33,198 bases of DNA from an uncultured virus (IMG/VR IMGVR_UViG_3300035208_001228) (IMGVR_UViG_3300035208_001228), one strand, 5' to 3'; counted from the first letter of the stretch, positions 1-10,478 are shown. Notes: generated from the letters alone by a model not told the origin. Numbers and translations: made by a program.

Positions 1-1503
1 GATGTAATCACCTGCGCCCTCGATCAGGTCGGATGTTGCGTTCAAAGAAGTAGGTGCCGGCGTCAGTACACGCAAGACGGTCCAAGTCCGATTAGGGTAG
101 GTTACAGGCGCGTCCGTTCTCCATTGGCCGTAAGTCAAGATGTCCTGAAGCGCCGTCCCATACACAGGATCGGCATACATAGTATCCGTCGTAAACTCGT
201 ACCCAAGTTCCCCGTTCATCACTGTGCCGTCAAGCATTTTCTCGGCGGCGATGCGTAGGTTAGTGGGGTCAATCGAATGGAAAGAATCCTTCGGAGCTAG
301 CCGCCAGTACGTGATGTCCTGCGGATGCACCGTTCGATTATTCGTCAACTCGTTATACTTTCCTTGGGCGACTTCCTCAAGGTAGCTACTTTGCCGTGAG
401 TCAATATGCAGCCAGTCACCGACCATACGCCCATAGAAGATGCAGCCATTGATGTTGGCGACAACGCTTCCCTGCGGAAACGCCTCGCCGCCGTGAATCT
501 GCACCGGATTTGTGCCGTACCCCAACCGATGTGCCTCATCGAGTTGAATCTGGCGGTTGGCCAGCGTCATCTTGTGGTTAGCTTCCCACTCAATTTGTGT
601 GTTAATCAACTCTACCGCTAGGCGGGTCCACTGCTGCGTATAGGAATTGAATATCCGAGTGTAATTCGCGGCCGCCTGCTGGAACATTTGTCCCACGGCA
701 CGCTGGGCATTGACATCTGTCGTGCCCATGTACGCTTCGAGCAAGTCGGTGTCCAACGTGACTGGAGTCGCACCAGACCATGTGTACGACATGGCCGCAC
801 TGATGCCGGCGCTGCTGTAGGTATCGGCCAACTGTTTCAAGAAATCCATCTGCGACAGTGTTTTGTACGCACTGAGGACGAACTCGATTCCAGGTTCGTC
901 AGGCGCCGTCAGCATCAACTCTTCGCCGCCCAGCACACCCACCGGTTGCAATATGGTTCCCGACACAGGTAGTTGAAGCCGGACAGCCTTGTTCTCGTCA
1001 ACGTGCCCGAATACCATTGGCCATGCCTCGTTCAGACCAACATCAGGCACCACCCCGACAGCCGCGTCGCCGGTGGCGAACCCGCATTCCTGGTCTTCCA
1101 ACTGTGATACAATGGTGAGCGTCACAGTCCGGTCACGCTCACTCCAGGTGATGGGTGACATTAGAACGCCGTCGAACAGCAGAAACTGCTCATCGAGCCC
1201 TGTAAACGACTGGTACACACGTGCCGGTCGATGGTGTGGGTCATGTTGATCGAGGATAGCCTTTAGTGTGCCGTCCGTGTCATCCAGCACCACCGTCAGT
1301 TGTGACGAACTAGCGTTTCCAGCGAGGCTCATGGCGTCGTCGAGATCGCTCACCTGGACGATCTTGCCTTGTATGGATTCAACAGTGCGGTCTGCATACA
1401 ACGACACTTTCCCATCCACCCAGTCAACCGCGATGATGGTTATCGGCTCGGCGCCAAGTTTCTGTGTGATTGCCGCCACGCCCGCAGCACTGATAGTTCT
1501 CAT
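1..1503 (-). CDS. Tail tip / baseplate-hub-like structural protein, 3'-truncated by the window edge (>500 aa)
   Basis: Missing from the ORF track because there is no stop in the window. ATG at 1503 overlaps the upstream stop (ATGA). Manual translation MRTISAAGVAAITQKLGAEPITIIAVDW...LFDGVLMSPITWSERDRTVTLTIVSQLED...WPMVFG stays open to position 1. Located after distal-tail-like genes. Confidence 0.7.
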   Translation of the reverse strand, partial: MRTISAAGVAAITQKLGAEPITIIAVDWVDGKVSLYADRTVESIQGKIVQVSDLDDAMSLAGNASSSQLTVVLDDTDGTLKAILDQHDPHHRPARVYQSFTGLDEQFLLFDGVLMSPITWSERDRTVTLTIVSQLEDQECGFATGDAAVGVVPDVGLNEAWPMVFGHVDENKAVRLQLPVSGTILQPVGVLGGEELMLTAPDEPGIEFVLSAYKTLSQMDFLKQLADTYSSAGISAAMSYTWSGATPVTLDTDLLEAYMGTTDVNAQRAVGQMFQQAAANYTRIFNSYTQQWTRLAVELINTQIEWEANHKMTLANRQIQLDEAHRLGYGTNPVQIHGGEAFPQGSVVANINGCIFYGRMVGDWLHIDSRQSSYLEEVAQGKYNELTNNRTVHPQDITYWRLAPKDSFHSIDPTNLRIAAEKMLDGTVMNGELGYEFTTDTMYADPVYGTALQDILTYGQWRTDAPVTYPNRTWTVLRVLTPAPTSLNATSDLIEGAGDYI

Positions 1504-1898
1504 TGCTCGACTCCCTCGAACTCGATCTGAATGACTTGGGACTCTCCGCGCGGCATCGGTGAAATTGCCGGGCGTGCTGCCTCTGGAGTGCTAAACTCAA
1601 AGGGATTGCTCAAGAATCGTCCTGTCCAGACCCGCCCGTGATGGTCCTCCACGCGGATCGTCGAGGCAAAATACGCCAGGATGAAGGCTCGTAGTTCAAG
1701 ACCTTTATTTCGCGTCAACTGGAACGGCCAAATCAGACGTGTCTCACCCTTGCGTTTCACATAGGTATAACGTGTCCCGTCCATTGCTCGTTTGCGTGTC
1801 ACAACAAGCATACGATTCTCCGAGTCGCTGAACTGCGGATTCGGCAACACAATCGCCGTCTGCAATGAAGGTAGGGGTGCCTGTAACGTGAACATCAT
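1500..1898 (-). CDS. Distal-tail (Dit)-like small tail protein, 132 aa
   Basis: ATGA-coupled to both neighbours. Similar to the C-terminal domain of the upstream gene (RAMDGTRYTY / ESRGGTLIVY; DHHGRVWTGRFLSNP / DWEHRYWRGVIVNP). Confidence 0.55.
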   Translation of the reverse strand: MMFTLQAPLPSLQTAIVLPNPQFSDSENRMLVVTRKRAMDGTRYTYVKRKGETRLIWPFQLTRNKGLELRAFILAYFASTIRVEDHHGRVWTGRFLSNPFEFSTPEAARPAISPMPRGESQVIQIEFEGVEQ

Positions 1899-3805
1899 AA
1901 CTCCGTGTCAAGTTCGCCTTCAAACTCCAAGTTGATCGTGTAGCTACCGAATCTGTCTTCGATAGCGGGCGCATCTGGGTTGACGATGACGCCACGCCAG
2001 TATCGGTGCTCCCAATCCATCATGCCGATCTCGCACCCGACATGTGCGTTCAAGAAGCCCAATAAGGTGCTCGTCTCCGCTTGCTGCAACGCCGAAAACG
2101 TCAGCGCGAGCGTCTGCGTCCGGGGCCATATTGGATCAGCATAGACGATCAGTGTCCCACCACGTGATTCGCGCGAAATGCGGTTGAAACTCAGCCTGTC
2201 CTTGTTCCCCAGGCTCGGTGCGCGTAGTGTAATCGAGTCGCTGGCCGGGCCTTCGGACGGGTACACAAACTGAAATGGAACCGTGACCCCATCCAGTGGT
2301 CCAGTCAAGGTCGCTGACGGGGTTTCTACACCAATGTCGCCGGAACCAATGAAAGGATGATATTGTACGGCATAGCCCGCGCCCGCGCCCGACACCACAT
2401 AGCAAAAAGCCATCTTCAAGTCGAGCACTACACTGACCCCAACACTGTGCATACGCGACACGGAAACATCTGCGACTAGCTCCAAGGTGGCCGTAGCCGG
2501 CTTACACGCCCCCCCGGCGGAGATTACGCCTAGAGAAAGCTGGTTTACACCGATCCCTGACTTCGTCTTATACGCATCAACTTCCAATGCCAGCGGTGCC
2601 GCAGCTTCAGCCGAAATGGCGTCGGCGCGAAGCAGAACCGCACACGATTCAGACTGGAATTGCAAGTAGTGCTGTGTGGCGTAGCTTGCTACTGCCGCAA
2701 CGGCTGCTGTGACTCGCAAGCCAGCGGGCACGGCTTCGATGGCCTGTGTCGTAGGATTGAAAGCGTATCCCACCGCGTCTAAGGACACGCCTGCCGCCAC
2801 GTACGTCGGCCTCTGCGCCGTTGTGTCGGCTGTCACGTCTAACGCACTGCCCGCCATTAGCATGTAAATACTTGCTGTGGCGTGCGTCGCAAAAACAATG
2901 TCTGTAGACCCGCCATACTGGCGTGGATTAGTGCGCGCGCTCGATGTTAGAGCGAGATGCGATGTTGCGCCTACTCGGGCTTGTCCTTGCTCTGCCGTTG
3001 CCTGGAAGTTGAGCAAGCACGTAGCCGTATGGGCATTCGTGGCCTCGCTCGTGGCGCCAAGATTGAGCACTATGGCCGCTGACCGTAAGAATTTTCCGTG
3101 GTCTGCTAGGCACTCAAGGCTAATCGCACTGGTTGCCTCGACACGTTGTGTGCCGCTTGCCACCAATGTAGACGATAGCGTAAGCGACGCCGACCCATTT
3201 AGGTCGTACACCTGACAAATGTAGGTGCTCGCTTGAAGCGAGAACTCAGCTAACGCGGAAATCGCACGTGGACCAACGTACTCCGTGGTGGCACTAAGGG
3301 CTATGGAGGATGTGCCGTGCCGGTTGGCAACATATTGGCCAACAGGCACTACACCGGCATCAAGAGCCGACGTTGCATCACGTGCATACGTGGCGACAAA
3401 AACTGCTTCCGCATCAACATCGAGAGAGGCGTAGCCTTCAAGATTCACGTAGCAGTCGATGCCAAGATCAAGTTGGGCACCCAGTGCTCTGGTCCAACTG
3501 ACAGTCTTGTCTGTTTGGGACTCAAGGGTGAGCCCGTCCGTCGCGTATCGCGGCCAGACGCCAATCTCGGTGGCACCAGAGTCCAGCGACACCGCAGCCA
3601 GTGCGTCACATACACGTATCGCTACGCGATCCGCAAAAGCACTCAGCGACGTAATGTCCGCCGTGGCTGATTGCAATGCGCCCGACGTACTGACCTCGAC
3701 CGTGGCGGAAACAACAATGGTCAAAGGTGCCAGCAGCCAGTTGGCAGTTGACATCAACACCTGGATGCTTTGCCGCGTACCGCGCAAGGCACCGGGGGTG
3801 CCCAT
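1895..3805 (-). CDS. Minor tail protein: long Ala/Thr/Ser/Val-rich beta-repeat region plus C-terminal Dit-like domain
   Basis: ORF 1895..3919. ATG at 3805 (MGTPGALRG) chosen because it avoids overlap with the upstream gene. Tail-module context. Confidence 0.6.
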   Translation of the reverse strand: MGTPGALRGTRQSIQVLMSTANWLLAPLTIVVSATVEVSTSGALQSATADITSLSAFADRVAIRVCDALAAVSLDSGATEIGVWPRYATDGLTLESQTDKTVSWTRALGAQLDLGIDCYVNLEGYASLDVDAEAVFVATYARDATSALDAGVVPVGQYVANRHGTSSIALSATTEYVGPRAISALAEFSLQASTYICQVYDLNGSASLTLSSTLVASGTQRVEATSAISLECLADHGKFLRSAAIVLNLGATSEATNAHTATCLLNFQATAEQGQARVGATSHLALTSSARTNPRQYGGSTDIVFATHATASIYMLMAGSALDVTADTTAQRPTYVAAGVSLDAVGYAFNPTTQAIEAVPAGLRVTAAVAAVASYATQHYLQFQSESCAVLLRADAISAEAAAPLALEVDAYKTKSGIGVNQLSLGVISAGGACKPATATLELVADVSVSRMHSVGVSVVLDLKMAFCYVVSGAGAGYAVQYHPFIGSGDIGVETPSATLTGPLDGVTVPFQFVYPSEGPASDSITLRAPSLGNKDRLSFNRISRESRGGTLIVYADPIWPRTQTLALTFSALQQAETSTLLGFLNAHVGCEIGMMDWEHRYWRGVIVNPDAPAIEDRFGSYTINLEFEGELDTEL

Positions 3806-3867
3806 CTTATAGACACCCCCCGGCGTTAAAAGCTGTACAGTTTGGCGCGTGCAGCGTATGGGCACAA

Positions 3868-4944
3868 TCAGCCTACTTTCATGCCAATTTGTGCTGCGCT
3901 GATTCCCGCGACGGTCCAAAGAGCGCTTGTCTCTGGGTCAGACTCAATGACTCGGCACCGCTGTGTATACGCTTGTGTTCCGACGGCTTGTCCCGCGTCT
4001 TCGTACACAGTGCTGCCCGACGTTACATGTGTAATCAGCGCGTGCGCATTCGTGTCAGTTTCACGACACGACGTATTGACTTGAATGCCGGCGATCAATC
4101 CATTGCCAAACAACCCGCCATACACATACCGATCAAGTTGCCCTGCAACGCCAGTGACATAGTCCGTATCGTCGTTGTCCAGCGATTCGTCCACAAGCGT
4201 GGAATGCGTTTCCCCTGTACTCGGTGTCCACTCTAGTGTATCACCGTCACTGGAAGGAAGCACTCCCAATACTCGCTGGTCGCCTAGAAAATCAGCGTTG
4301 AGCGCACCCGCGTTATCACAGATGTAAATATCATCAAGATAGGTTCGGTACAGTGTGCCAAAGCGCACAGTGTCATGGAATGTTGCTGCACCGACATGTG
4401 TGTCCAAACCCGTCAGTTCAAGTTTCGTCACACCATTGATTTTCAACGTCACGGTTCCTTGAGACGCATGACATTTGACTTTCAATTCCACGTACAGCCA
4501 CACATCACTGGACATACCGGCTCCGCTCGTCGTCCCGAGCGTGGCTCCGGCTCCGTTGGAGACTCTGAACTCGCTTGCATCATTCATGCAAAGAATGACG
4601 CTACCTGCTGCGCCTGACCTAAATTGCAACACGGGGAACCCGACCCCCCATGCGTTCGTGTCCGCCGTCCGTTTGAACCCCAGCCCGACGATCATTGTGT
4701 CGGCGGTGGTTGCAAACTGACGTGTGACGAGATATGGATAGTTAGACCCGGCACCGTCCGAGACTACACTGTAGCCGCTAACACGCCCCGGCGCCAGTGT
4801 CAACGTCACGCCTGGATACCCCGGATCGTTGTAAACAGTCGCGTACCGACGCGCCAAAAATCCATTTCCAGTGGTGCCGCTATTCAAGTTGACGTTCGTG
4901 TCAGTGCCACAGTCCTCGAAACCTTCGATCCAGAGAAGCATCAT
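3868..4944 (-). CDS. Virion tail-associated beta-sandwich (LamG/lectin-like) protein
   Basis: GGAGG SD before ATG-ATG at 4944. WLYVELKVK...VTLKING...YLDDIYI pattern typical of concanavalin-like folds. Downstream of the tape measure. Confidence 0.55.
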   Translation of the reverse strand: MMLLWIEGFEDCGTDTNVNLNSGTTGNGFLARRYATVYNDPGYPGVTLTLAPGRVSGYSVVSDGAGSNYPYLVTRQFATTADTMIVGLGFKRTADTNAWGVGFPVLQFRSGAAGSVILCMNDASEFRVSNGAGATLGTTSGAGMSSDVWLYVELKVKCHASQGTVTLKINGVTKLELTGLDTHVGAATFHDTVRFGTLYRTYLDDIYICDNAGALNADFLGDQRVLGVLPSSDGDTLEWTPSTGETHSTLVDESLDNDDTDYVTGVAGQLDRYVYGGLFGNGLIAGIQVNTSCRETDTNAHALITHVTSGSTVYEDAGQAVGTQAYTQRCRVIESDPETSALWTVAGISAAQIGMKVG

Positions 4945-4958
4945 AGCCTCCAATCAAA

Positions 4959-4990
4959 GGCCGAACCAGGCCCATTGGTCTGGTTCGGCC
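4959..4990 (-). terminator. GC-rich hairpin, possible intrinsic terminator or attenuator
   Basis: GGCCGAACCAG...CTGGTTCGGCC 11-bp stem in the intergenic gap, followed by TTTGATT on the minus strand. Confidence 0.45.
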
Positions 4991-5001
4991 GAAGCAAGGG
5001 A

Positions 5002-5607
5002 TCACGCAGTGACCGTGTACGTGACTTTCAACTGGTCGCCGTTGGCAACAACCACGTCGCCACTCGTGAACAAGGCAGTGGACCACAAAACACCGCTTGC
5101 AGCGTGGTCGTTCTTCGTAGCAGCGGCCACGATCCCCCCTACCTGGAACACACCCTTGATGGTCCCCGCTGAGGTGATGTTGAACACTGCGGGCGACGCA
5201 TTGGTCGTCGCTTGACCTGACGCAGCCCCCGCCGCCCACACAGGACGAGTTGTCGCGTCGTTGGCGTTATTTCCATCCGTGTACGCGGTCGCTTCATCCC
5301 ACCCGTTGCCGGCCTGGTTAATGTCCTGGTAGGTGTCGGTAAGCGCCAACGCAGTGTAACCCGTACTGGCAATCAGACCAAGATACCACGCAGTAATCTG
5401 CGTACCAGAATAGAAGTTTACATTGAGAACCTGGTTCTTCCCCTGGTTCACAACTGCGTTGGGAAACTGGTACTCATTGATGCGCCGGCCATTCCGCCAG
5501 TGTTCGACAATGAACTTGCCCTTCAAGTTCAGTTGGGTCGAATCCAATCGACCGGCCTTGACCACCTCGGCATCCGCGCACGCTTTCACACTCAAAGTCT
5601 GATTCAT
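5002..5607 (-). CDS. Phage minor tail / structural protein, 201 aa
   Basis: GAGGA SD. N-A-V-V-N-Q-G...WYLGLI...GDQLKVTYTVTA pattern typical of small phage tail proteins. Follows the tape measure. Confidence 0.6.
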   Translation of the reverse strand: MNQTLSVKACADAEVVKAGRLDSTQLNLKGKFIVEHWRNGRRINEYQFPNAVVNQGKNQVLNVNFYSGTQITAWYLGLIASTGYTALALTDTYQDINQAGNGWDEATAYTDGNNANDATTRPVWAAGAASGQATTNASPAVFNITSAGTIKGVFQVGGIVAAATKNDHAASGVLWSTALFTSGDVVVANGDQLKVTYTVTA

Positions 5608-5652
5608 AGTAGTTCCTCAAAAGCTGTAGCGGACTGGTCCGCTGGTTGACGA

Positions 5653-8600
5653 TCAATTCATGCCTCTACGGGTGGCCCGCCGTAGCATTTGCAGCACCTC
5701 ACGCGACGTGGCCTGCGGCGTCGCGCTTTCGTTAATGTTGATCGACACGTCACCGATATTAGTGACGCCACCCTGGTTGCTGTAGTTGGGCGTTCCTCCC
5801 GCATTCATTGCCACCAACTGTGAATAGAACCTCCGCGTGGATGCTGCGTTCATCACAAACTCACCCTTGGATAACATGGCGGGAATCGTGTCCGTTCCAA
5901 TGCCGCCTGACGCAAACCGCCCGCCGGGCGTAGCCGGTGTGCCCGACATTGCGCCGGTGACGGAATCCAATTGTCCGATTAGTTGGCTGAGATCAGTGGA
6001 CGCAGCCTGCTGTAAGGACAACGCGAAATTGCCGGCTGCGGCGGCTGAATCCTGGGCCGATTTCTTCACAGCCTCTTCCGCATCCTGCCGACGTTGCAGG
6101 CCCTCCAACAGTTGTTGGATGTCCTTGCCTTCTGACTGTTCCTTCACGGAAGGTGCGACAGGGTTGTATTGGGACATAGTCTGGAGCGCGGTAAACATCG
6201 TCTTTAATGCTATTGATGCTTCCGCAGCAGTCGTCTTGCTCGGGAAAACTTGGCTCCAGTCCACGCGACCGATCAAGTTGTTCAATTGCTCCACATTCTC
6301 GCGTGTAACGTTGGTCTGTTGTGACAGACGTTCCATGCGATTCAGCACGTCCGTCGCGTTGCCGTACTCATCTCCACTTGCTGCATTCGTTCCCTGTAGC
6401 AACGGCTTGAATGCTGCCAATCCCTGGGCATACTCTGTTCGTCCAATCTCCCTGCTCTTAACCGCTGAGCCAAACTGGACGGATTTGGCCAGCGTCGCCG
6501 AGAACTTCGCGGCCGCGTCGGTCAAAACCTTATCAACCCCAACCTGAAGCACCGACTCCCCAGTGAGTTTCTCCAACTTCGCAATCGCGGGAACTTCAAC
6601 TCGCAATTTTGCGAGCGAGGCCCGCAACTGTCCGTGCAGGTTCGCCAACGACTCCGGTGCAATTTCAATGTTCTTCAAGTTTGAACTGGCCAGAGCGCGC
6701 TCAGCTTCACGCTTCAGGCTCTCAAATGCACGCGGATCGCCGAGGAAGTTCTTTGCAAAGTCTTCCTTTCCATACTTCTGGATCAGGTCAAGGAACGTTG
6801 CGGTGTCACGTTCGGCGGCCGCCAAATCCTGTTTGTATTGGCGCGGGTCTTTGAATCCGACACCGCCCTGTGCATCCTTGGCCGTGGACTTCAGTTCGTC
6901 CTGAATCCGAAGACGCAGTTTCTCCAACTCATTGTTATGCGACTCGGCTAGATGCGCACGCGCCTCAGCTTCCTGTGCGACCTTCTCTTGCGTCTTCTGG
7001 TACTGCTCCAATGAATCAATCTTGCGGCGGTCAAGGTCGTTGTCCAACTGAGCGATCTGGTGCAAATTGTTATTTCCACCAATAAGACGCAATTGGTTCT
7101 GCACCAATTCCTTGTACGCTTGCACACGCTCCCACGCGGCGTCGGCGAGTTTCTGTTCACGATCATCCTTGGCATTGCCTTGCAGTTCCTGGTATTCATC
7201 AACAACACCGCGCAAACGTCGCTCGTACTCGCCCAGCGGGTCAGGTCCGGTTGACACGTCCCGCTTGAACTTACGGTCGTCAATTTGCTGTAGCAGTTTG
7301 GCCGTTGTGTCCGGCACGTTGCTTGCATTCTTCGACGAGGTTTCAGCGGCGGCGAACAATTCCTGTGTCAGTTTTTGCCGACTCGAGAATACCTTGTCAA
7401 AAGACACCTGCGCGCTTTTCTCAATGTCGTGTGCGCGGGCTTTGAAGTTGTCCGCATCCTGCATGTAGGCGACGCTGGCCTTAGCGACGAATTGGCGAAG
7501 AGTCTGGAACTGCTGCGTCGCTTGATTCTCAGCCAGACGAACAGCCGCATCCGCCTTCGTCTTCTGAACGTCGAGTTCACGGGTCGCCCGGTCTTGAATA
7601 GCCTGCTGAGGTGCCTGCAACTTATCCGCGTACCAATTGCCTAGCGACGAGCCCGCGATCTTCGCGCCTTCAATAGCCGCGAGTAAGCCTAGAACGCCCT
7701 TAATAGTGCCGAAGTACCGTGTCATGGACGCCGCATTGCCTTGCACGCTCAGGTCAAGCAGGGTGAACCCTCGGCTCGCACCCAGCGACGCCAATTCCAC
7801 GCCTTTGAGGCAGGTGATGAACGCGCCACCGATGGCGATGTCCCGCACCAAATCCGTCGTCAATACGCGGAGCGCACCCAGTATTCCGCTTCCGCCACCA
7901 AGCGCCTGTACAACTGAGTTCAACTGCGCAACAAGTTTCGGTCCGAACTCTGCCGTGAAAAAGTTGGACAGCTTATTCAACTCTTTGTTCAGTTTCTCAG
8001 CGTCCGTCTGAATGAACTGCTCGAACGGCTTGTCGAGGGAGGACCGATCCAGTTTGCTCTGGACAGCCATCGCCTCTTTGAATCGCTGGGCACCCTCGCC
8101 GGCCAAGCGGAAGTCGCCAGCCATTGCACGCACATTGGGAAACATCTTAGCGGCCGCCGATTTGTTGCCATCAATGGACTTCCACAAAGCCTCAAGTGTG
8201 CCTTGGAATCCGTAGGTGGCAACAGCGGATGTGCCTGACTCGACACCGATGTCCCGGAAGGCTTTCTTCAATTCCTCCGAGGGCTTCAACAAGGACGACA
8301 TGATGCCGCGCATCTGCGTCGCGGCCTCATTCGACTTGACACCGCCGATGGTGATCGACACTAAAGAGGCGTTCAACTCTTCAACGCTGACGCCCAATTC
8401 ATGGGCGATGCCCTGCACCCTACCTAGTGCTGTGCCAAGTTCGCCAGCCCGCAAACGGCCCAACTTGATTGTCTCGAAGAACTCAGCCGATCGCAGGGCA
8501 GCCTTGTCGGACGACTCGCCGTATGCGTTCAACGCACCGGTCAACAACGTCGTGCTGGCCGCGAGGTCTTGTGCCCCGGTCTTCGCCAATTTATTGGCCG

Positions 8601-9300
8601 CTGTCAGAATGTTGGTAACGTCGGTCTGAGTGGTGAATTGGTCAGAGATGGTCTGATACTGCGCCTCAGCCACCCGGCCCAGCGGCTGGTTGAACGCATC
8701 AGACATCTGCCGAACATTGTCGGTGATCTGACTGAATGTTCGTTCGGGGTTGATGGCGGCAATTTCGCCAACCTGCTTCGAGAATGCCTGGAAAGACGTG
8801 TACGCTTCCTCGATCGCATTGCGGACCATATTGAATCCGCGAATCAAGGCTTGCGTTTCTGCAATTCGCGCGAACGTCTGCCAACTCAGCGTAACTGCTT
8901 GGACCGACTTCGCGCCTGTCGTACCGAGGCGCGCCAACGCTTCCTCAGTGGCTCGTGTTGCACCACCAACCTTTTGGCACCCAGCGATCCAATCATCCAT
9001 TTGCTTGGCTGCTGCGGCACCCTGCAGACCTGTAGTCTGCCCGCCACGATTGACTCTGCCTAGCAGAATGTCATCGGACGGTGTGCGGATTCCTGCCATT
9101 GCAGACGCAGCGGCACCCGCTTGAGTAGCCAGCCGCTGCATAATGGAGAGCGTGGCGTCCGCCTTCGCGTTGAAAGCGTGCAACTGCAACACATTCGTTT
9201 CCAGCCGCTGCCCAAATGTGCCGAACTTCCGACCGAGGTTATCCAACGCGGCTAGCGCGTCTTTGACCTCGAAGCCCAGTTCCTGTTTGATCTCGTACAT
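5653..9300 (-). CDS. Tail tape measure protein (TP901-family core), about 1215 aa
   Basis: Long helical Ala/Gln/Lys-rich ORF with AEAQYQTIS, ELGTALGRV, VSVEELNAS and EAATQMRGIMSSLLKPS motifs and C-terminal FASGG-GTDTIPAMLSKGEFVMNA. ATG at 9300 overlaps the upstream TAA. Confidence 0.93.
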   Translation of the reverse strand: MYEIKQELGFEVKDALAALDNLGRKFGTFGQRLETNVLQLHAFNAKADATLSIMQRLATQAGAAASAMAGIRTPSDDILLGRVNRGGQTTGLQGAAAAKQMDDWIAGCQKVGGATRATEEALARLGTTGAKSVQAVTLSWQTFARIAETQALIRGFNMVRNAIEEAYTSFQAFSKQVGEIAAINPERTFSQITDNVRQMSDAFNQPLGRVAEAQYQTISDQFTTQTDVTNILTAANKLAKTGAQDLAASTTLLTGALNAYGESSDKAALRSAEFFETIKLGRLRAGELGTALGRVQGIAHELGVSVEELNASLVSITIGGVKSNEAATQMRGIMSSLLKPSEELKKAFRDIGVESGTSAVATYGFQGTLEALWKSIDGNKSAAAKMFPNVRAMAGDFRLAGEGAQRFKEAMAVQSKLDRSSLDKPFEQFIQTDAEKLNKELNKLSNFFTAEFGPKLVAQLNSVVQALGGGSGILGALRVLTTDLVRDIAIGGAFITCLKGVELASLGASRGFTLLDLSVQGNAASMTRYFGTIKGVLGLLAAIEGAKIAGSSLGNWYADKLQAPQQAIQDRATRELDVQKTKADAAVRLAENQATQQFQTLRQFVAKASVAYMQDADNFKARAHDIEKSAQVSFDKVFSSRQKLTQELFAAAETSSKNASNVPDTTAKLLQQIDDRKFKRDVSTGPDPLGEYERRLRGVVDEYQELQGNAKDDREQKLADAAWERVQAYKELVQNQLRLIGGNNNLHQIAQLDNDLDRRKIDSLEQYQKTQEKVAQEAEARAHLAESHNNELEKLRLRIQDELKSTAKDAQGGVGFKDPRQYKQDLAAAERDTATFLDLIQKYGKEDFAKNFLGDPRAFESLKREAERALASSNLKNIEIAPESLANLHGQLRASLAKLRVEVPAIAKLEKLTGESVLQVGVDKVLTDAAAKFSATLAKSVQFGSAVKSREIGRTEYAQGLAAFKPLLQGTNAASGDEYGNATDVLNRMERLSQQTNVTRENVEQLNNLIGRVDWSQVFPSKTTAAEASIALKTMFTALQTMSQYNPVAPSVKEQSEGKDIQQLLEGLQRRQDAEEAVKKSAQDSAAAAGNFALSLQQAASTDLSQLIGQLDSVTGAMSGTPATPGGRFASGGIGTDTIPAMLSKGEFVMNAASTRRFYSQLVAMNAGGTPNYSNQGGVTNIGDVSININESATPQATSREVLQMLRRATRRGMN

Positions 9301-9773
9301 TAGATTACCAATGTCTTCGTGTCGAACGTCACTGCCGGCCACTCGAACTCGTTGACAACTGCGTCGAAGGCTGCCTTGCCTCTACGCTGGAACCCGTACG
9401 GGCCCGGATTCGTCAGATGCAATCCCCATTGGTTCGCGTTATAAAACTCGTTGACGTTGATTTGCATTAGCGTCGTGTGATAGACAACCCCGTACTCAGT
9501 TGGGCCTGCTGTCCACTCAGCCGTGCTTTCATCCAGCCCGAGTTGCACCGTATTCACGGGCGCGACTGGGAAGATTTCCAACGCCATTTCCGCGCGGCTC
9601 GCCAATGGGCTGAACGTAGCTTTCGACGCACCGCCCCAAACCGGAATTGCGTCCGCCGTCGTATAGATGTAGGCCCTTGTTGCCTCGATCAAGAGGTGTG
9701 TCAATTCCTCGTGAAGTTTCTTTCGGTACGAATCCGCGATCTTGGGTACTTGGAAGTGGCCGATAAGTTTCAT
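9300..9773 (-). CDS. Hypothetical virion morphogenesis protein (possibly tail completion)
   Basis: GGGAG before ATG 9773 (MKLIGHF). Lies between the tail chaperone and the tape measure. Confidence 0.5.
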   Translation of the reverse strand: MKLIGHFQVPKIADSYRKKLHEELTHLLIEATRAYIYTTADAIPVWGGASKATFSPLASRAEMALEIFPVAPVNTVQLGLDESTAEWTAGPTEYGVVYHTTLMQINVNEFYNANQWGLHLTNPGPYGFQRRGKAAFDAVVNEFEWPAVTFDTKTLVI

Positions 9774-9828
9774 CTCGCGCTCCCTGGACTTCCTTGTCCC
9801 TGCCAATGAACCAGTGTCCTCACTAGCA

Positions 9829-10043
9829 TCAAAGAATCCGATTCACACCCGCTACAACTTCGTCATGCTCCGTCACTTGTTGGAACGCAATAATCAACGA
9901 CTGCGTCGCAACGTCACACTCGTCGAAACTCGCAGGGACGCCCGGTGGCCTCATGCCAACTCGTAGGCACGCTTTCCAAATCGTAAACAAACCTGTCCTA
10001 AAGTCCGGCCACGCTATCGTGCCGACTGTCCCAGCGTCCCAAG
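9829..10043 (-). CDS. -1 frameshift extension of the tail assembly chaperone (gpGT-like)
   Basis: ORF 9829..10101 is in the -1 frame relative to 10014..10478 and overlaps its 3' end at the slippery run T TTT TTT (10044-10050). Confidence 0.7.
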
Positions 10044-10478
10044 AAAAAAAGACTCGCGGGCAGCCTTGATCTTTTCTTCGTCCAAGGAATTGACCGCCCA
10101 TACCAAGCCCAACACGTGATTCCGTTCGACCGTCAAGAGACCAGCGGTCTTCAAATCCTCTTCCCAGTTTGTCCAGGTCGATGGATCATTCGGATTGACG
10201 GTATCCCACTCGATGTCCTGCAACGAGTGGATCACCAAGTACGCCAGCCGCTGCCGATTGTGCTGCGTCACGAGGTCGCGGTAGCCAACGTCGGTCGTGT
10301 CGGGAACGAAGCCAGTCGGCGTCAGTTTCCCCGGAGCCTTCGGCGGCGGACAAAGCGCGCCGAAGGCGTCCATATCCTCTACAGCCTTCGCACGGATGAC
10401 CAACTGCTTGTCGCCGCGAGGCAACACCAGATAGTCCTCGGTTGGCAACGTTTTTGGGTTGATTCCACCTATTTTCAC
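10014..10478 (-). CDS. Tail assembly chaperone (gpG-like), 154 aa
   Basis: Canonical position between tail tube and tape measure, with a slippery heptamer near the 3' end. Confidence 0.75.
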   Translation of the reverse strand: MKIGGINPKTLPTEDYLVLPRGDKQLVIRAKAVEDMDAFGALCPPPKAPGKLTPTGFVPDTTDVGYRDLVTQHNRQRLAYLVIHSLQDIEWDTVNPNDPSTWTNWEEDLKTAGLLTVERNHVLGLVWAVNSLDEEKIKAARESFFLGTLGQSAR

